From the IMG/VR virus record IMGVR_UViG_3300042515_001753, positions 124,001 to 188,000 of that record: a stretch of DNA of 64,000 nt. One strand, given 5' to 3'. This document shows positions 16,966 to 30,075 of this stretch, piece after piece. How positions within the stretch are numbered: the first letter of the stretch is position 1; each line of letters starts with the position of its first letter. A program made the position numbers and the translations under genes. A model generated the notes under the pieces. That model made no database searches. It was not told where the DNA came from and was given only the letters and a program-made list of their open reading frames with translations.

Positions 16966-19900
16966 TTATTCTGGTGTCTCATCACTCAAAGAAACCCTGA
17001 GATTATCACCCCCAATATGAAGGTGAAATATCCTTCCATCATTCAAGTATATTCCGCACCAATATACATCTTCCGTCATATTTTCCCAGTGAACCATCTT
17101 CACATCTTCCAACACAAACTCATCAGGATTTTCAGTCATTTTGCCTCCCAGAGATTCCCAATGATACCACATTCGTGAAACCTTCTTGTAGTATCACAAT
17201 AACGACCATTAGATTTCCCAGTCACAACATTTCCAGTTACAAGTGGATGAACGCACAAATCAAATGTGTCCCCAGAACCAGTAATATGAGCAGACCAATC
17301 TTTTTTATAGTGCTTACAATCCTTACATAATTTTATTTCAGTCATTGATAAGGATTGGGTAGATTTTTGACTACTTCAGTAAAGAAAGAAAGACGGTCTT
17401 TGGTGTAAGCAACATCTACATTATGTGTCTCACAGAGTTTCATAATCTTCATAGTCTTTTCGTTGTAAAAAGAATATCCCTCAAATTGCCCATACTCAAC
17501 ATTATCAAGAAGTGATTCCTTCATCACCTCAAAGAGTTGAAAAAGTTCTTGTTGAGAGAGTTCTACTTGTCGTTCAGTTTGTTGGTGCCCGTTGAATGTG
17601 ATTTTCATAGTGTTTCAGCAAAAGATTTAGCATACTCATCATTCACCAGTTTACAGAGTCCCATAATGTCCTGTTTCATTTCAGGTGTTGTTCCTGTCTT
17701 ACAAACCTCATCATAGAAGTTAGTAAGTGAGACTGTGAGAATATTCAGTTGTCGTTGAGTGAGGTTCATTTGATGTTCAAATACTTTTTGTTGGAAATCA
17801 TATGGTCCAGAACTTGAGCAAGTTTCTGCTCATAAGTTGGATTATGATACTTCAAACATTCAACATAAGCATCGTGAAGACGAGCATACAAATCATCCCA
17901 GTGCTGTTTGTTAATGGTGGTCATTTCAATTTACTCCATACAATTCCAAAATCCTTTTCGCAACAACAATAGAAAGTTCTTTGTTGCCGATAGACATATC
18001 TTCGGTGATGTTTTTAGAACCTTCTTCAAGTGCTTTCTCACTTGAACGGATGTAAACTCCCGAATTGTCTGCGTTTAGTTCTACACGATAAACCATTTCC
18101 TCTGCTTCATCGGTGAATTCATAAACATCGGTCAAACTATGAACAATTTGAGTTCCGGAAACGATATTGTAAGGTTGAAAAGTCATTTGGAGAACCTCCT
18201 TTGTGTATAAAAGTATTATAAGGCATCAAAGGGCACCTGTGAAGTGCCCTTGTGCCGGTTTCTCAAGTGTCCTCAAGTCCAAGTTCTAACATTTGCCTTT
18301 GGGTGTTCCTTACAAGCATCCAACACCTCTTCCACAAAGGGAACAAAGTCTTTGTAAGTTCCCCAACCATTAGAAGCATCAAACTGCTTATAGTGTTCTG
18401 GATGAGATTTGAGTTTTAGAAGTCCTGCCTCAAGATGTGGAATAAGTTTATCAGCAGTTGGATTTTCATAAAGGTCATCAGGACGCCACAGACACTTATA
18501 GATGCCTGCTTCTTCTGCCATCGTATTCAGGTTGTGAGTGATGTTTCCAGAATACAACTCAACCTTATGAGGTTCAGGTGCTCCCGTATCAACTTCAATT
18601 TCCAACGAAATATCAAGAGACATAATGTGTTTGTGCTTATGAGACTATTATAAGGCATCCACAGGGGGATTGGTGAGGTCTTGTGCCGGTTCTTCAATCG
18701 TCTCTGTGTCTTCCAGTTCGTGTATAAGTTCCCAAAGGTCTCTACAACTCACTACCATATCACCACATCCAAATTCACGATATTCTTCAAACTCTTCAAT
18801 CACAAACCGAAGTGCGGCGGAGATTACTTTTTCCCTATCGTTCTTTTTGGGACGAAGAGTACAACACATCGTTGCTTCTACAATTCTATCTGCGGGTGAT
18901 AACATTATGCTACACCCTCCGCACTATCTTTGAATTCTTTTACTTTTTTAAGGAATGAAATTGATTGTTGATAAAGTGCCTCAATCAAGTCCTCAATATC
19001 AGCAATCGCAATCTCATTATACTCCCTGTTTAGGTTCTCACAACGCAGAGCATCAATCATAGACTGAAATGCGATAATTTGTTGCTGTTCTGGTGTGATA
19101 GGAGTTCCGTGAGGAAGTCCAGAACATTCAAGATTATGGAAATCATTATACCTTTGAAGCACACGATTACTCTTTTCTCTGCGTTCTGCTTCCTCAAACA
19201 TTTCGTCAGGATAAGGTTCAGTCATAATGCCTCCAGCACCTCAATAATACCCAGTATATCACGAACATTCACAACAAGCAACCCGTGGTCTCCATCTACA
19301 TTATAATTATCATAACCACACTGATTGATTAGTTCTCTCAAAAGAGCAGCATACTCATATCTCACTCTTGCAACCATCGGGTCGTCGTGTCCCTCACGAA
19401 TAAGTTTTCCCAGAGGAACACCACCATCAGAGACCCGGTGTGCGGCATTTAGAAGTTCTTGAGTTTGTTGTTGTGCTTTCAGTTTGCGGAGTTTCTGTGT
19501 TGCTCGTGCCGTGAGATACCTTTTGTTTTCTCGTAAGTTTTGGATTTCTTCTGGATTAAGTAGAAACCCGTCTGATATATTCCCGTATTCTTCAGTCATC
19601 TCTTATATCCTTGAACCATTGGGAAAATTCAATCCACTTTTCATCATTTACTTTTTTTTGAAGTTCAGCAGCAGGGTAGTTTTTGTTTATTTTATGACAC
19701 CAAGCAGTCATCTCATCAATAATAAGAACCCGATGCCTATTAAGCATTTCGCAGATTTGAGCATCAGTCATTCAGTTTTGCCTCAAGTTCGGCAATCTTC
19801 AGGTAGAGTTCCTCCAAGTGTGATGTGAGTTTATATGCGTTGATTTCACACATCTCATAGACACCATCGGTTGTGAGGTCTCCAAAGATGGTTCTCCAGT

Positions 19901-20095
19901 CGTCGGTTCTCTCAGTCATTTTCAGTTCCTCCATAAGGTTTCATACCAGCATTATAACCCATTTCGTGGATTTTTAGGGCAAACTCAACCATTTGTTTTT
20001 TGGTTGAAGAAAAATACTCTATTCCCTCATAATCATCAACCAATACTTCAAGATGCTTTTCAGCAAGGTCAAGCATTTCTTCTTCAGTCATCAGG
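16966..20095 (-). other. array of small hypothetical ORFs (e.g. 16966-17140, 17136-17345, 17342-17608, 17926-18186, 18273-18623, 18648-18905, 18905-19225, 19222-19599)
   Basis: ATGA-coupled short ORFs, mostly starting MT. Confidence 0.55.
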
Positions 20096-20172
20096 TGTCT
20101 GTGTGTATGAAAGTATTATACGACAAAGGGCACCCGTTTTCAAGTGCCCGTGTTCCAGTTCGTAAAGTGTCC

Positions 20173-20994
20173 TTATGCTATTCGTTTTCTTTTAGAAGTA
20201 TCAATACCTTTTGCTTTCTGGTATTTTGATAAACCACCAGAGTTAGAAACATAACCAGTTTCAAGGCACATCCATCTTTGTGCGTTATTTCTTTTTGATA
20301 ATTCACTTTTTTGTTCTGGTGTTAATGAAAAACAACCTGTACCCTCTTCATATCTTTTTCTCCCATTTCTTCTACCAATTTCACTTCTTACTTCTTTTGG
20401 TAATTTTCCAAGTCCATTTGCATATGCTTTTTTAGCAGAGGCAGATAATTCTTCACTTGTTAGTGCAAATATTCCGATACCAAGTTCTTGGACTTTTTGT
20501 GCTCCCTTTTTACCATCTTCGGTCATTTGCTCTTTGGTTCTACCAAACACTCCAGTTTTATTTTGCATTTGTGTTTTTGCTCCCATTTTACCACCTTTTC
20601 TACCTGCTTTGGATAGTTCTTCTTGCGTCATAGAAAATATACCAATATTTTCTTCTTTTATTTTTTTCACAAGTTTTTTACCATTTTCTTTCAAAACTTT
20701 CAAAGATACTTTTCCACCACAACCTTCATTAAGACACCACTTATCGGCATTAAAGAATGGTTTAATCAATCTTGTTTCAACTTCTTGTGCTTCTAACCAA
20801 CCTTCATCTGTGAAGTCAAAGAATTGAACTATTTGTTTCTTTGGTGTATAAAGTTTCCAACACCATCGGTTTGTCTTTGGAGAACCCATATAATACTCAT
20901 TATATGTTTTTTCTTTATGAACTCCATAATAGTAATATGGAACTTCTTCAAAGGTAATCTTATACAAGTATATTCTTGGACTTTGTGAAGTCAT
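20173..20994 (-). CDS. GIY-YIG (Seg-like) homing endonuclease
   Basis: IYLYKIT...YYYYGVH...YMGS, A..VE..LI, CLNE; C-terminal GIF...E..S..GRKGG repeats. Confidence 0.75.
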   Translation of the reverse strand: MTSQSPRIYLYKITFEEVPYYYYGVHKEKTYNEYYMGSPKTNRWCWKLYTPKKQIVQFFDFTDEGWLEAQEVETRLIKPFFNADKWCLNEGCGGKVSLKVLKENGKKLVKKIKEENIGIFSMTQEELSKAGRKGGKMGAKTQMQNKTGVFGRTKEQMTEDGKKGAQKVQELGIGIFALTSEELSASAKKAYANGLGKLPKEVRSEIGRRNGRKRYEEGTGCFSLTPEQKSELSKRNNAQRWMCLETGYVSNSGGLSKYQKAKGIDTSKRKRIA

Positions 20995-21040
20995 TTCTAT
21001 TCTACTGGTACTGCATTAGTATTTATAAGAGTTTATAATA

Positions 21041-21100
21041 GAAAAGGTGCCCCGAAGAGCACCTAATCTGTCCGTAGAGAATTGCAGTACCAACAGACAT
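21041..21100 (-). ncRNA. putative antisense sRNA cognate to the nuclease at 20173..20994
   Basis: ATAAATA 21104-21110, hairpin 21069-21099, terminator 21045-21064 plus T run; loop complementary to the mRNA leader at 21001-21015. Confidence 0.6.
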
Positions 21101-21878
21101 TCTTATTTATTATCGTTCTCTACCTCTTCTTCCAGTTGCTTATAAAGCGCACATTCGTATCCACACAAAAATGCACTTTCAACCCAACTAATAAGTATTT
21201 GTTTCCTTTGGTTCTCATCCTCAATTTTTATGTCGTCCATAAAGTATTCATACCGATATGTAAATCTACCGTAAAAATCTTCATAAAACCATTTGTTAAA
21301 TGAAAGTTGAGCGTCTTTTTGAGGGTCAAAATATTCATTTGCAGGATGTTTAGTCATCGTAGTTTCCTCTTGATTTTGGTGAGACAATCATTAAATCCTT
21401 CTACACTACACTCCACATAAATATTTTGACTTCCTGCTGCTGATTGTTCTTTCGGCAACCATTCTTTCTCAATTCTATCTACCAAACTTTCAATAGTCTC
21501 TGCTGCCTCATTATTATTGAGAAAGATTTCATCCCACCAATCAGCAATAATACCATAAAGAGTTTCTGGTTTCTTTGGTTCTTCCACTCTCTTATACTTC
21601 ACACCCATAATGGTTGCGTAGTCTCCTTCTATGAGAACTTTTGAGATGTCGGTTTCAGTCATTTTCTTTCATACAAGGGTATTCAAACTTTTCACCAATA
21701 CATTCTAACATAGTGCGGGCAAAGGTAATCTCACCATAAGCACAACCATCTTCAAAGGCATCATCATAACTACCAGCACTTGGAGTATAATCATCTCCAA
21801 ATAGACCTTCATAGCAGTGTTTTACCTCTGCTACTTCTTTGAGAACCTTGAGGAGAAGATTGAGTTTTTCTTCGTTAG

Positions 21879-22028
21879 TCATTGTAGAACATCAATAAGT
21901 TTGTTAAACATCCAAGAGATTATGAGTGCCTGTCCCCAAGTAAGAGGAAAGAAAGACACAAGTGCCCAACCCAATAATCCCACAACAATATAAAATCCAA
22001 TTGTTGCTCCAATCTCGTGTTTAGTCAT
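21879..22028 (-). CDS. small membrane protein, copy 1 (49 aa)
   Basis: MTKHEIGATIGFYIVVGLLGWALVSFFPLTWGQALIISWMFNKLIDVLQ. Confidence 0.6.
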   Translation of the reverse strand: MTKHEIGATIGFYIVVGLLGWALVSFFPLTWGQALIISWMFNKLIDVLQ

Positions 22029-25000
22029 TTTATGTTCCCCGTGAGAAATACTTTGAGTGTCTTCCCATCATTATGAAAACTTACCTGAACTTTAGAACAC
22101 TCATCCCATTCATCCCAAAAAAGGTCTCCATCATCATTTGAAATTACTTCAACACGATTTACATTTGGATACTTTTGAATGTTTTCAGTCATTTGAGGTT
22201 CCTCATAATGAATTCTTTGTATTCTCTTTGCCCCAACTTATAAGCATTCATAGAATAGTCGGTGTCTGGATATCCAATAGTATTAGGCAACCATTCTTTG
22301 AGTGCTTCAATCATAAACTCTATACTTCTTGGGTCAATTTTTCCACCACCTTCTTTGAGGACATAAAAGAAAAATGAGTTCTTGTTTGCTTGGTTCATTT
22401 CAATACCTCCAAGCAAATAGAACAGAGACAATCATCAGTGAATTGGTAGAACCAACCATCCTCGTGGTGAATGCGAAACTCTTTTGTGATTTGGTAAGTC
22501 ATCAGGTCTTTGTGTGTATGAGTGTATTATAAGGCATCCTGTGGGTCTGTGGAGGGGTCTTGTGCCAGTTCTTCAAGTGTCCTACAGACCCAAATGTTTT
22601 CTATCAGTATCACTCAAAGAAGCAAGGTCTTTCTTGAGTTGTTGTAGTTTTCGTTCCTTTGCTTTTACTTTCTCTGCCTTTTCTTTCTCCAGTTGTTTCA
22701 TCCGTTTATCATATTCCTTGTCGGTTTCTTCACGATGCTTGTAGAGATAATATTCAGTGTATTTTTCACCACCATAATCCCATTCATATTCACTCTCAAT
22801 CCCCTCCCAACCAGCATCTAATTCTGCTTGAAGTGAGGAAATAATGTCTTCAAGTTTTCCATCAATGTCCCCATAATACTTTTGAGTTTCTTTGACTTGA
22901 ATTTTTTTAGGTTGGTTAGTCATTTCAGTTCTCCATAAGAAAGTGTTTTGATTTCTTCTACATTCAAGGTTTTGACATAACCACGAGGATAATCATTATC
23001 ATAAGCATTAAAGACAAAAACAGGAATGTTTCGTTCCTTACAGATTTGTTTGAACTTGTCTTCATTCAGTTCAAACTTACCAACATACTCAACATTTGGA
23101 TACATATCCCAAGATGCTACAAGTCCTCCTGTATAATACCCCCACTCAAACTCATCAAGTTCTTGAATGATGTTTTCTACATCTTGAATGTTTTCTGGAT
23201 TAGTGTAGATGCGTCCGTATCCTTTGTAATTGAAGGCAGTCATTTCAGTTCCTCCAGTTCATTCGCAAGTTCAAGAATGTTCTTTTCAGTAATACCAATC
23301 CACTTGAGTTCTTCTACAACTTTACGAAGAGTAGCAACAGCAATAGTATGAGGATGAGATTGTTCCATATCACCCCAGTCAAATCTCACTTCTTCAATAG
23401 CATCTGCGACTGCTTGTGCCTCTTTAGTCATTTTCATTTCAGTTGTCCTCTATCAAACGAATGTTGTTTTCAATCTCACCTCTCATATCATAAAAATATG
23501 CTTTAGCAGCATCAAGACACCATTTATCGTAGTCATCTTGTGTAGGATAGTCTACATCTTCCAGTTCTCCCCACATTGAAATAAACTCATCTACGGAAAG
23601 TGTGTATTCCAGAGGAATGTATGCGACTTTGGGAATGATGTGGTTAGTCATTTCAGTCCAATCAGTTTAGCAAATTCAGGAGTAATGATGAGGTTTTGTT
23701 CTCTTACAAGATTACGAACTTCTTTACGAAGATTTATCCACTTGTTGTAGTAATCTTGTGATGCTTTTTGTGCTCTGTTTTTAGCATCAAAGTCGCACTG
23801 GTGTTCGTAGGTTCTACTTTCGTAGTATCTCATTTCAGTTCTTGGAGGACAGAGATAAAGGTTTCAAGGCAATCTTTGGGAATGTGAAAAGGTTCCCCCG
23901 TTTTAGTTTCTTCAATTCCGTGAGATGTGTATTGATTAATCTCTACAAGACCTTGACCATCATCAGTAAGTTGGTAGAACCAATCATCTTCAATGTTGTG
24001 AATACGAAGTTGTCGGGTGATTTGGTAAGTCATTTGATAGTCACCGTTTGATTTTTGATTTGGCAAAGACGGGAAAGATTATCACCCGCAGTAGCAACTT
24101 GAAGGAAGTTGTAGTTAGTTCCACATTGCTCGTTGAGTGCTTTCTGAGTTGTGAGGACCTGCATGACCCCTGTGATGGGGGCAGCAAGAAGAACCAAAAC
24201 AATACCACCAGTAATCACAGCAATCCAAGCATCCGTAAAATCAAAGTTGTTGCGTTTCATTTCAGTTCCTCAAAATTGATGTTTAATTTCTTCTTCTGTT
24301 GCTATCTCCACAATAGGATAACTCATATCTTCATAAGCACCAAAATCAAAATCAGTACTCAATCTTGAGGCAACATTATCGCACAGATAATCAGCAAAAA
24401 TTCCTGGGTCAAGTTCTCCATCATCTGTAAGCATATCATCATCCTTATGCTTTTCGGGGTCAAACCTCACATAAAAAGTTACTTTATAACCTTTTAGATT
24501 TTCCAAAGCATCATTTACCTTCTGCTGTTCCTTATGCTTTTGGATTTGAAGTTCAAGTTCGTTGAGTTGTTCTTTGGTCAGTTGTGAAAGGTCAATCATC
24601 AGGTGTCTGTGTGTATAAGAGTATTATAGGGCATCCAGAGGCACCCAGAGCATCCCCTGTGCCAGTTCTTCAAGTGTCCTTACACCGATGTAATGGAATA
24701 CGAAGAAACTGAAAGAACCTTCCAATATATCCTATCGGTTCTCCGCATTTAGGACAACAATAAGATGGATAAGTCATTTATCTTTCCAAGTAAAGTCAAA
24801 AAAGATTTTAGCACAATTCCTCACCAACCAGTTAGGTTTCTTATCCAGATACATTTTGATGTTTGGTTGAATAGACCAATAACCTACCTTATTTGTACCA
24901 ATTCTATACTCTGTATTCCAAGATACAGTATTATTGGCAACAAGATAAGAACCATCTGTTCCTACTGTAAGTGTTACTGGAAAACTACCATATTTTTTTG

Positions 25001-25569
25001 CGGATTCAAAGTCCTCATCCTGTTTCTTACAGAACTCATCATACCTTTTCAACTTATACAACCAGTTGTGCCCAATCCTATATTCAAGATGAGTTTTCTC
25101 AATCAGTTTCTCAAACTTCTCTTCCAGTTCTTGTGAGATTTCTTCTAATGACTTGCGTGGTAATTGAAATGAACCTTTGATTTCAGGATGCTTATAAGGA
25201 ATGGTGAAGTATTCCTTTGCGACTTCATATTGTTCATTATCTTCACCCATAGAAGCAATCAAACCCATAGTATCAAAGACATTTTTTATATCTTTGATGG
25301 TTTTGAGTTTGCTTGTATCAAGTTTGTGATTTAGTCGTTCAGTCATTTTACAGCATCCACAAATACAGGAACTTGACCACAAATCTCATTTGCCGCAGTA
25401 TCATTCACACCATAAGATTTTCTACATTCTATCACAATCTCATAAGATTTCAAGAACATCTCTCTGTCCTTTTGAGTATTGTAAGTGTTTAGTAGTTCCA
25501 TAGAAAGGAAATAACCAGTAATGATAAGAAGTGGAATAATGAGAGTAAAGATAAAAAGTTTCATTTCAG

Positions 25570-25782
25570 TCATAATCCTTTGCGTGATACTTCTTCATTT
25601 AATTCCCAACCAGCATCGTGCCCCACTTTGAAACCTTTAGTATAACCTTCATCATAAAGTTCTCGGGCAAACTTCAAGAGGTCTTCTTCATCACATTCCC
25701 AGTAAATGTCGTTTGTTGTTTTACTTATGTGTCTATCAAACCCATAGGATTTAGCAAGTTCAATAATTTCAGGATTAGTCAT
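25570..25782 (-). CDS. hypothetical protein, copy 1
   Basis: Near-identical to 27834..28046. Confidence 0.65.
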   Translation of the reverse strand: MTNPEIIELAKSYGFDRHISKTTNDIYWECDEEDLLKFARELYDEGYTKGFKVGHDAGWELNEEVSRKGL

Positions 25783-27833
25783 TCTTCAATCTCCAAGAAC
25801 ACCAGACCTTACACTATCCACACCTTCTCCATAACCATCACTATAACCCTTATTATATGCCTTATAAGTAGATATAAGAGCAAACTTTACAGCAACCTCA
25901 CGGAAGGCATTATTGAGAGCACCAATCATTTCAGTATTCATTCCAAACTGGGTTCCATCTCCCCAGAGTTCAATAAGTTCTTGTTCAGTCATCAGTTTGC
26001 CTCCAACTTGTAGTAATCATACTTCACCTTACACCCCTTTGGTTGTTCCATACAATACACAATTACTTTTTCTTCTGTTTCTTGTCGTGCGGTGACTGTT
26101 CCCAAGAGAAGTCCTGGAAAAAATCCTATCACAATACCACTAAGGATAATACCAAGAGTTGGTGTAAGATTGTCGTCAGTCATCAGTTTGCCTCCAATTC
26201 AGTAGCAATATCTAAAATTGCCTCACGAATACTTTCATTTCTTGTTTCAAGTGCTTCATCCCATTCTCTATGCCCTGAAAAACAGGCATAATTTTCAGGG
26301 GCAACATTATCAGCAAGAACACGAAGAGCAGCAGCAAAACCCTCTCGGATTGTTCCTCCGTTAGAAAATACTTCATCGGCAGCATCTATGATTGCTTGTG
26401 TTTGGGGTGAAAGGTTAGTCATCGGTTGGTTGCTTATGAGTGTATTATAGGGCATCACAGGAGCATTTGGAGTGTCCTTGTGCCAGTTCGTCAAGTGTCC
26501 CTCACAATACCTCACAAAGCCCTTGAATACTATACCTTGTAATAAATCCTTTGGTTGTGTATTTTTTCTTATAATTCTCAATAAACTCTTTTGCTTCTTT
26601 TTTGGTTTCAAATGTACCGAAGTTGCGATAGAATTCTTCAATAGTACCATCATAACTATCAATATAAGTTCTCACAATCCACTTATGAGAATGCTCTGGG
26701 TAAAAATCATTTTCTTCTATGTGTTTATAGTATTCTTCTTTACTCATAATACATATCCTCCTCATACTTCACATAATCACTTTGAAGATAATTGAAGAAC
26801 TCTCCATCATCGTGGGTCATAGTCCAGCACCATTCATCAAAACATTCACCAATCCAATACCAACCAGATTGGAGTTTCTCAAAGACATTCATAGGTCTGT
26901 TGTATTTCATTTCTCCTCTACCCAAGTACAATCAAAACAAAGTTTCATCATAAACCTCACAAACCTATTAGGAACGTGTCCTTCTTGTGGAGTATAAGCA
27001 ATTCCACAACCAGGACTACCACCAAACATATAACAAGTCCAATTAGATTGTTTTGGATTATGAATGTAGGAAGATATATAAGGATACGGTAGATTATCCC
27101 CAGAAGGTTTTACTGGTTGTCCTATGTTATACTCCATCGCATCAACATCCCAACCACAACATTCCACAGCACTATGAAGTGTAGAAAGAAACTCTGGGGT
27201 GATAAGTTCTTTGAGTTCTTGTTTCGTCATTTCAAATTTTCTCCCAAAACAGTAAGACATTCTTCATATCCTTTCAAGTATTCTCCAGTCATCACATTAT
27301 GAGTGTATTGAGACATCCATTCTTTTACAATTTCACAAAACTCATCACAATCAGGTACAATCCATACTGTTTCATGAAATAATTGATGAAGAGTTTTGAG
27401 TTCTTCTGGTTCTTCTTCTGGTTCTTGTGATACTTTCTCTTCATAAGCAGCATTATAACCCTGCTCAAAATTCGTCCAAGTTGAACCATCCCAACAAGTA
27501 TCGGCAATATCAGTCACAGGATACCTACCATAAACTCTTTTGAATGCTTCTTCTACTGGTGATTTTGTTTTTTCCAGTTCCTCCAAGAATGAGAGTTTCT
27601 TCTCAAGCATTTTGATTTCTGCTTTTACTTTTTGAATTTCAGTCATTTTAGTTCCTCAATAATGGATTTGATTTGTTTGAGATTATCATAGTTTTCTTTA
27701 TGAAAATCATAAAGTTCAGACAAACTCTCTATGTTATTTTCGGTATAATTAGTTTCCTCACGGATTTCCCAAGAAAGACTTTCCATCTCTCCTGATGCTT
27801 CTTCAAGATAATAGTTGAGAGTATCAAGTAAAG

Positions 27834-28046
27834 TCATAACCCTCTGCGTGATACTTCTTCATTTAGTTCCCAACCAGCATCGTGCCCTACTTTGAAACCT
27901 TTAGTATAACCCTCATCATAGAGTTCTCGGGCAAACTTCAAGAGGTCTTCTTCATCACATTCCCAGTAAATGTCGTGTGTTGTTTTACTTATGTGTCTAT
28001 CAAACCCATAGGTTTCAGCAAGTTTTAGAAGTTCTTCGTTAGTCAT
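27834..28046 (-). CDS. hypothetical protein, copy 2
   Basis: Near-identical to 25570..25782. Confidence 0.65.
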   Translation of the reverse strand: MTNEELLKLAETYGFDRHISKTTHDIYWECDEEDLLKFARELYDEGYTKGFKVGHDAGWELNEEVSRRGL

Positions 28047-29925
28047 TTTCTAAAAAGTCGTTCAAGTTTTTCTTTGTTCTTGAAGAGTTCATAAGATTTG
28101 ATTTGCTCTCCATAATACTTACTGATGTGCCTACACAAATCTTCTTCTTGTTTAGTAATATCCAGATTATGTTTGTCTTTCATGATAAGGATAGTTTCAA
28201 TATCTTTGAGAGCACTAACTGGAATATCTAAAAACTCTTCGTAGGTCATAATTACCACTCCAATTCAACATACACATAATCCCTCAAATAATCAGGAAGG
28301 TTTTCTTTCAGGTATTCTACCATATATTCTTGAAGTTCATAAGCAGTTGGAGAGCACTCTTCAATCAACACACCATACTCCGCATCCTCATCGTGAATAC
28401 TATACTTCACATATACATCAACCACTCGCAGGTCAGCATAATTTACACCACTAAATCGTTCGGTGGAGTTCTTATGTTCTTCAAGTGCCTTTGTAGCAAC
28501 TTCTTGAATTTGAAATAGATTGTCTTTGATGTTGGAGTTCATTTGTTGTATTTCAGTAGCATTTTGAGTGTTGTTGATGGTTCCATACTCTCATCAATCT
28601 TATGAGGTTCCAGAAGTTCTACAAGTTCCTCATACTTCTTCTTATAGTCAATACCCAAATCAACTTCATCCCCAGAAAGAGCATCCCTGATGATTTCTAT
28701 GGATGTGAATATATTATGCCCTTCCCGTATATTTGGTGGAAATATACCATACACAAAATCATAGGTATGTCCTCGTTTATGAAGATATTTTCTAATTTCA
28801 TCTTCAGTCAAAGAAAAGTTGAAAGTATAACCAAATTTTTCACTACAATAATCAAATTTCATTTTTTCACTCCTGTAAGTTCATTTCGTTTCCAGTCATA
28901 CCATAATTCAAATAGTAAAAGAACTGTATTCTCAATCTATCTGGATTTTTGAAACCATCCAAATGAGGATACATAGTTCCTCTCCAAGTGTATAAACAAT
29001 ATTCAAAAACACTTATGGATGTTTGAATAGTCCATTTATGTTTCATCGGTTTCATTTTGCCCTCATCGCAGTAATCACAGCATTTCTTACGGTTTTTCCT
29101 TTTAGATGGTTCATACGAGACCCACCATTCATAAACACCCAATCACTTTCACCATTCATTTGGAGATTGTGTGGATGAAATTGATTGAGTAGAAATTCAA
29201 GGATTTCTGTGTCTGTTGGTTCAGTCATTTTCTTCATCGGGTAGTTTTTCATTCAAATCAATACCATCTAAAACTTTATCAGACCATTTTAGCACATTCT
29301 CAATCAGTTTATCATTAACTTCTTTTTTCTTTTCCACAAACTTTTCAATCAGTTCATCATTAGGGTCGTTGAGGATTTGTTTTACTGGGTCTTTCTCTTC
29401 AATCATCAGTTTGATTTGTTTGAGATTATCATAAAGTTCTTTATTGAAGTCATAACATTCAGTCAAATGGTCTATGTTGTTGTCCTCATAGTTAGTTTCC
29501 TCACGGATTTCCCAAGACAAACCATCCATATCTGCTGCGGTTTCTGTGAGAAAGTATTCAAGTGTTTCAAGTAAATTCATTTTCTAATCACAGCAATTAC
29601 TTTACGGTTTGGATACTTCTCTACAATTATATCACGAGCATTCTCATAATCAATAGCATCCTTTACGGTTTCATAATACACAGTTTTATCTGCGTCATCC
29701 CAAGTTTGAACTTCGTAAGTCATTTTTCCTCCCAAAAAGGGTTTCATTTCAATCCACTCATACAAATAGAACAAAGACAATCATCAGTTTTAGGAACTCT
29801 AAACATAATGTGATTTCCAGAGCAACAATCTCTATCACCACATTTCATACAATTATCGCAAACCCACTCTTTTTGATTACGACATTTGACGAAATCTTCA
29901 AGAGTGTATTGTTGGAGAATAGAAG

Positions 29926-30075
29926 TCATTCTAATACATCAATAAGTTTGTTAAACATCCAAGAGATTATGAGTGCCTGTCCCCAAGTAAGAGGAAAGAA
30001 AGACACAAGTGCCCAACCCAATAATCCCACAACAATATAAAATCCAATTGTTGCTCCAATCTCGTGTTTAGTCAT
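29926..30075 (-). CDS. small membrane protein, copy 2
   Basis: 149 bp identical to 21889-22037. Confidence 0.6.
   Translation of the reverse strand: MTKHEIGATIGFYIVVGLLGWALVSFFPLTWGQALIISWMFNKLIDVLE

Noticed and set aside
18251-18272. Box as a host NtcA or CRP site
   Set aside because: Spacing does not fit GTA-N8-TAC or TGTGA-N6-TCACA.
21025-21100. Leader peptides from the ATG that opens each sRNA cassette
   Set aside because: The three translations share no sequence, length or frame relation to the nuclease.
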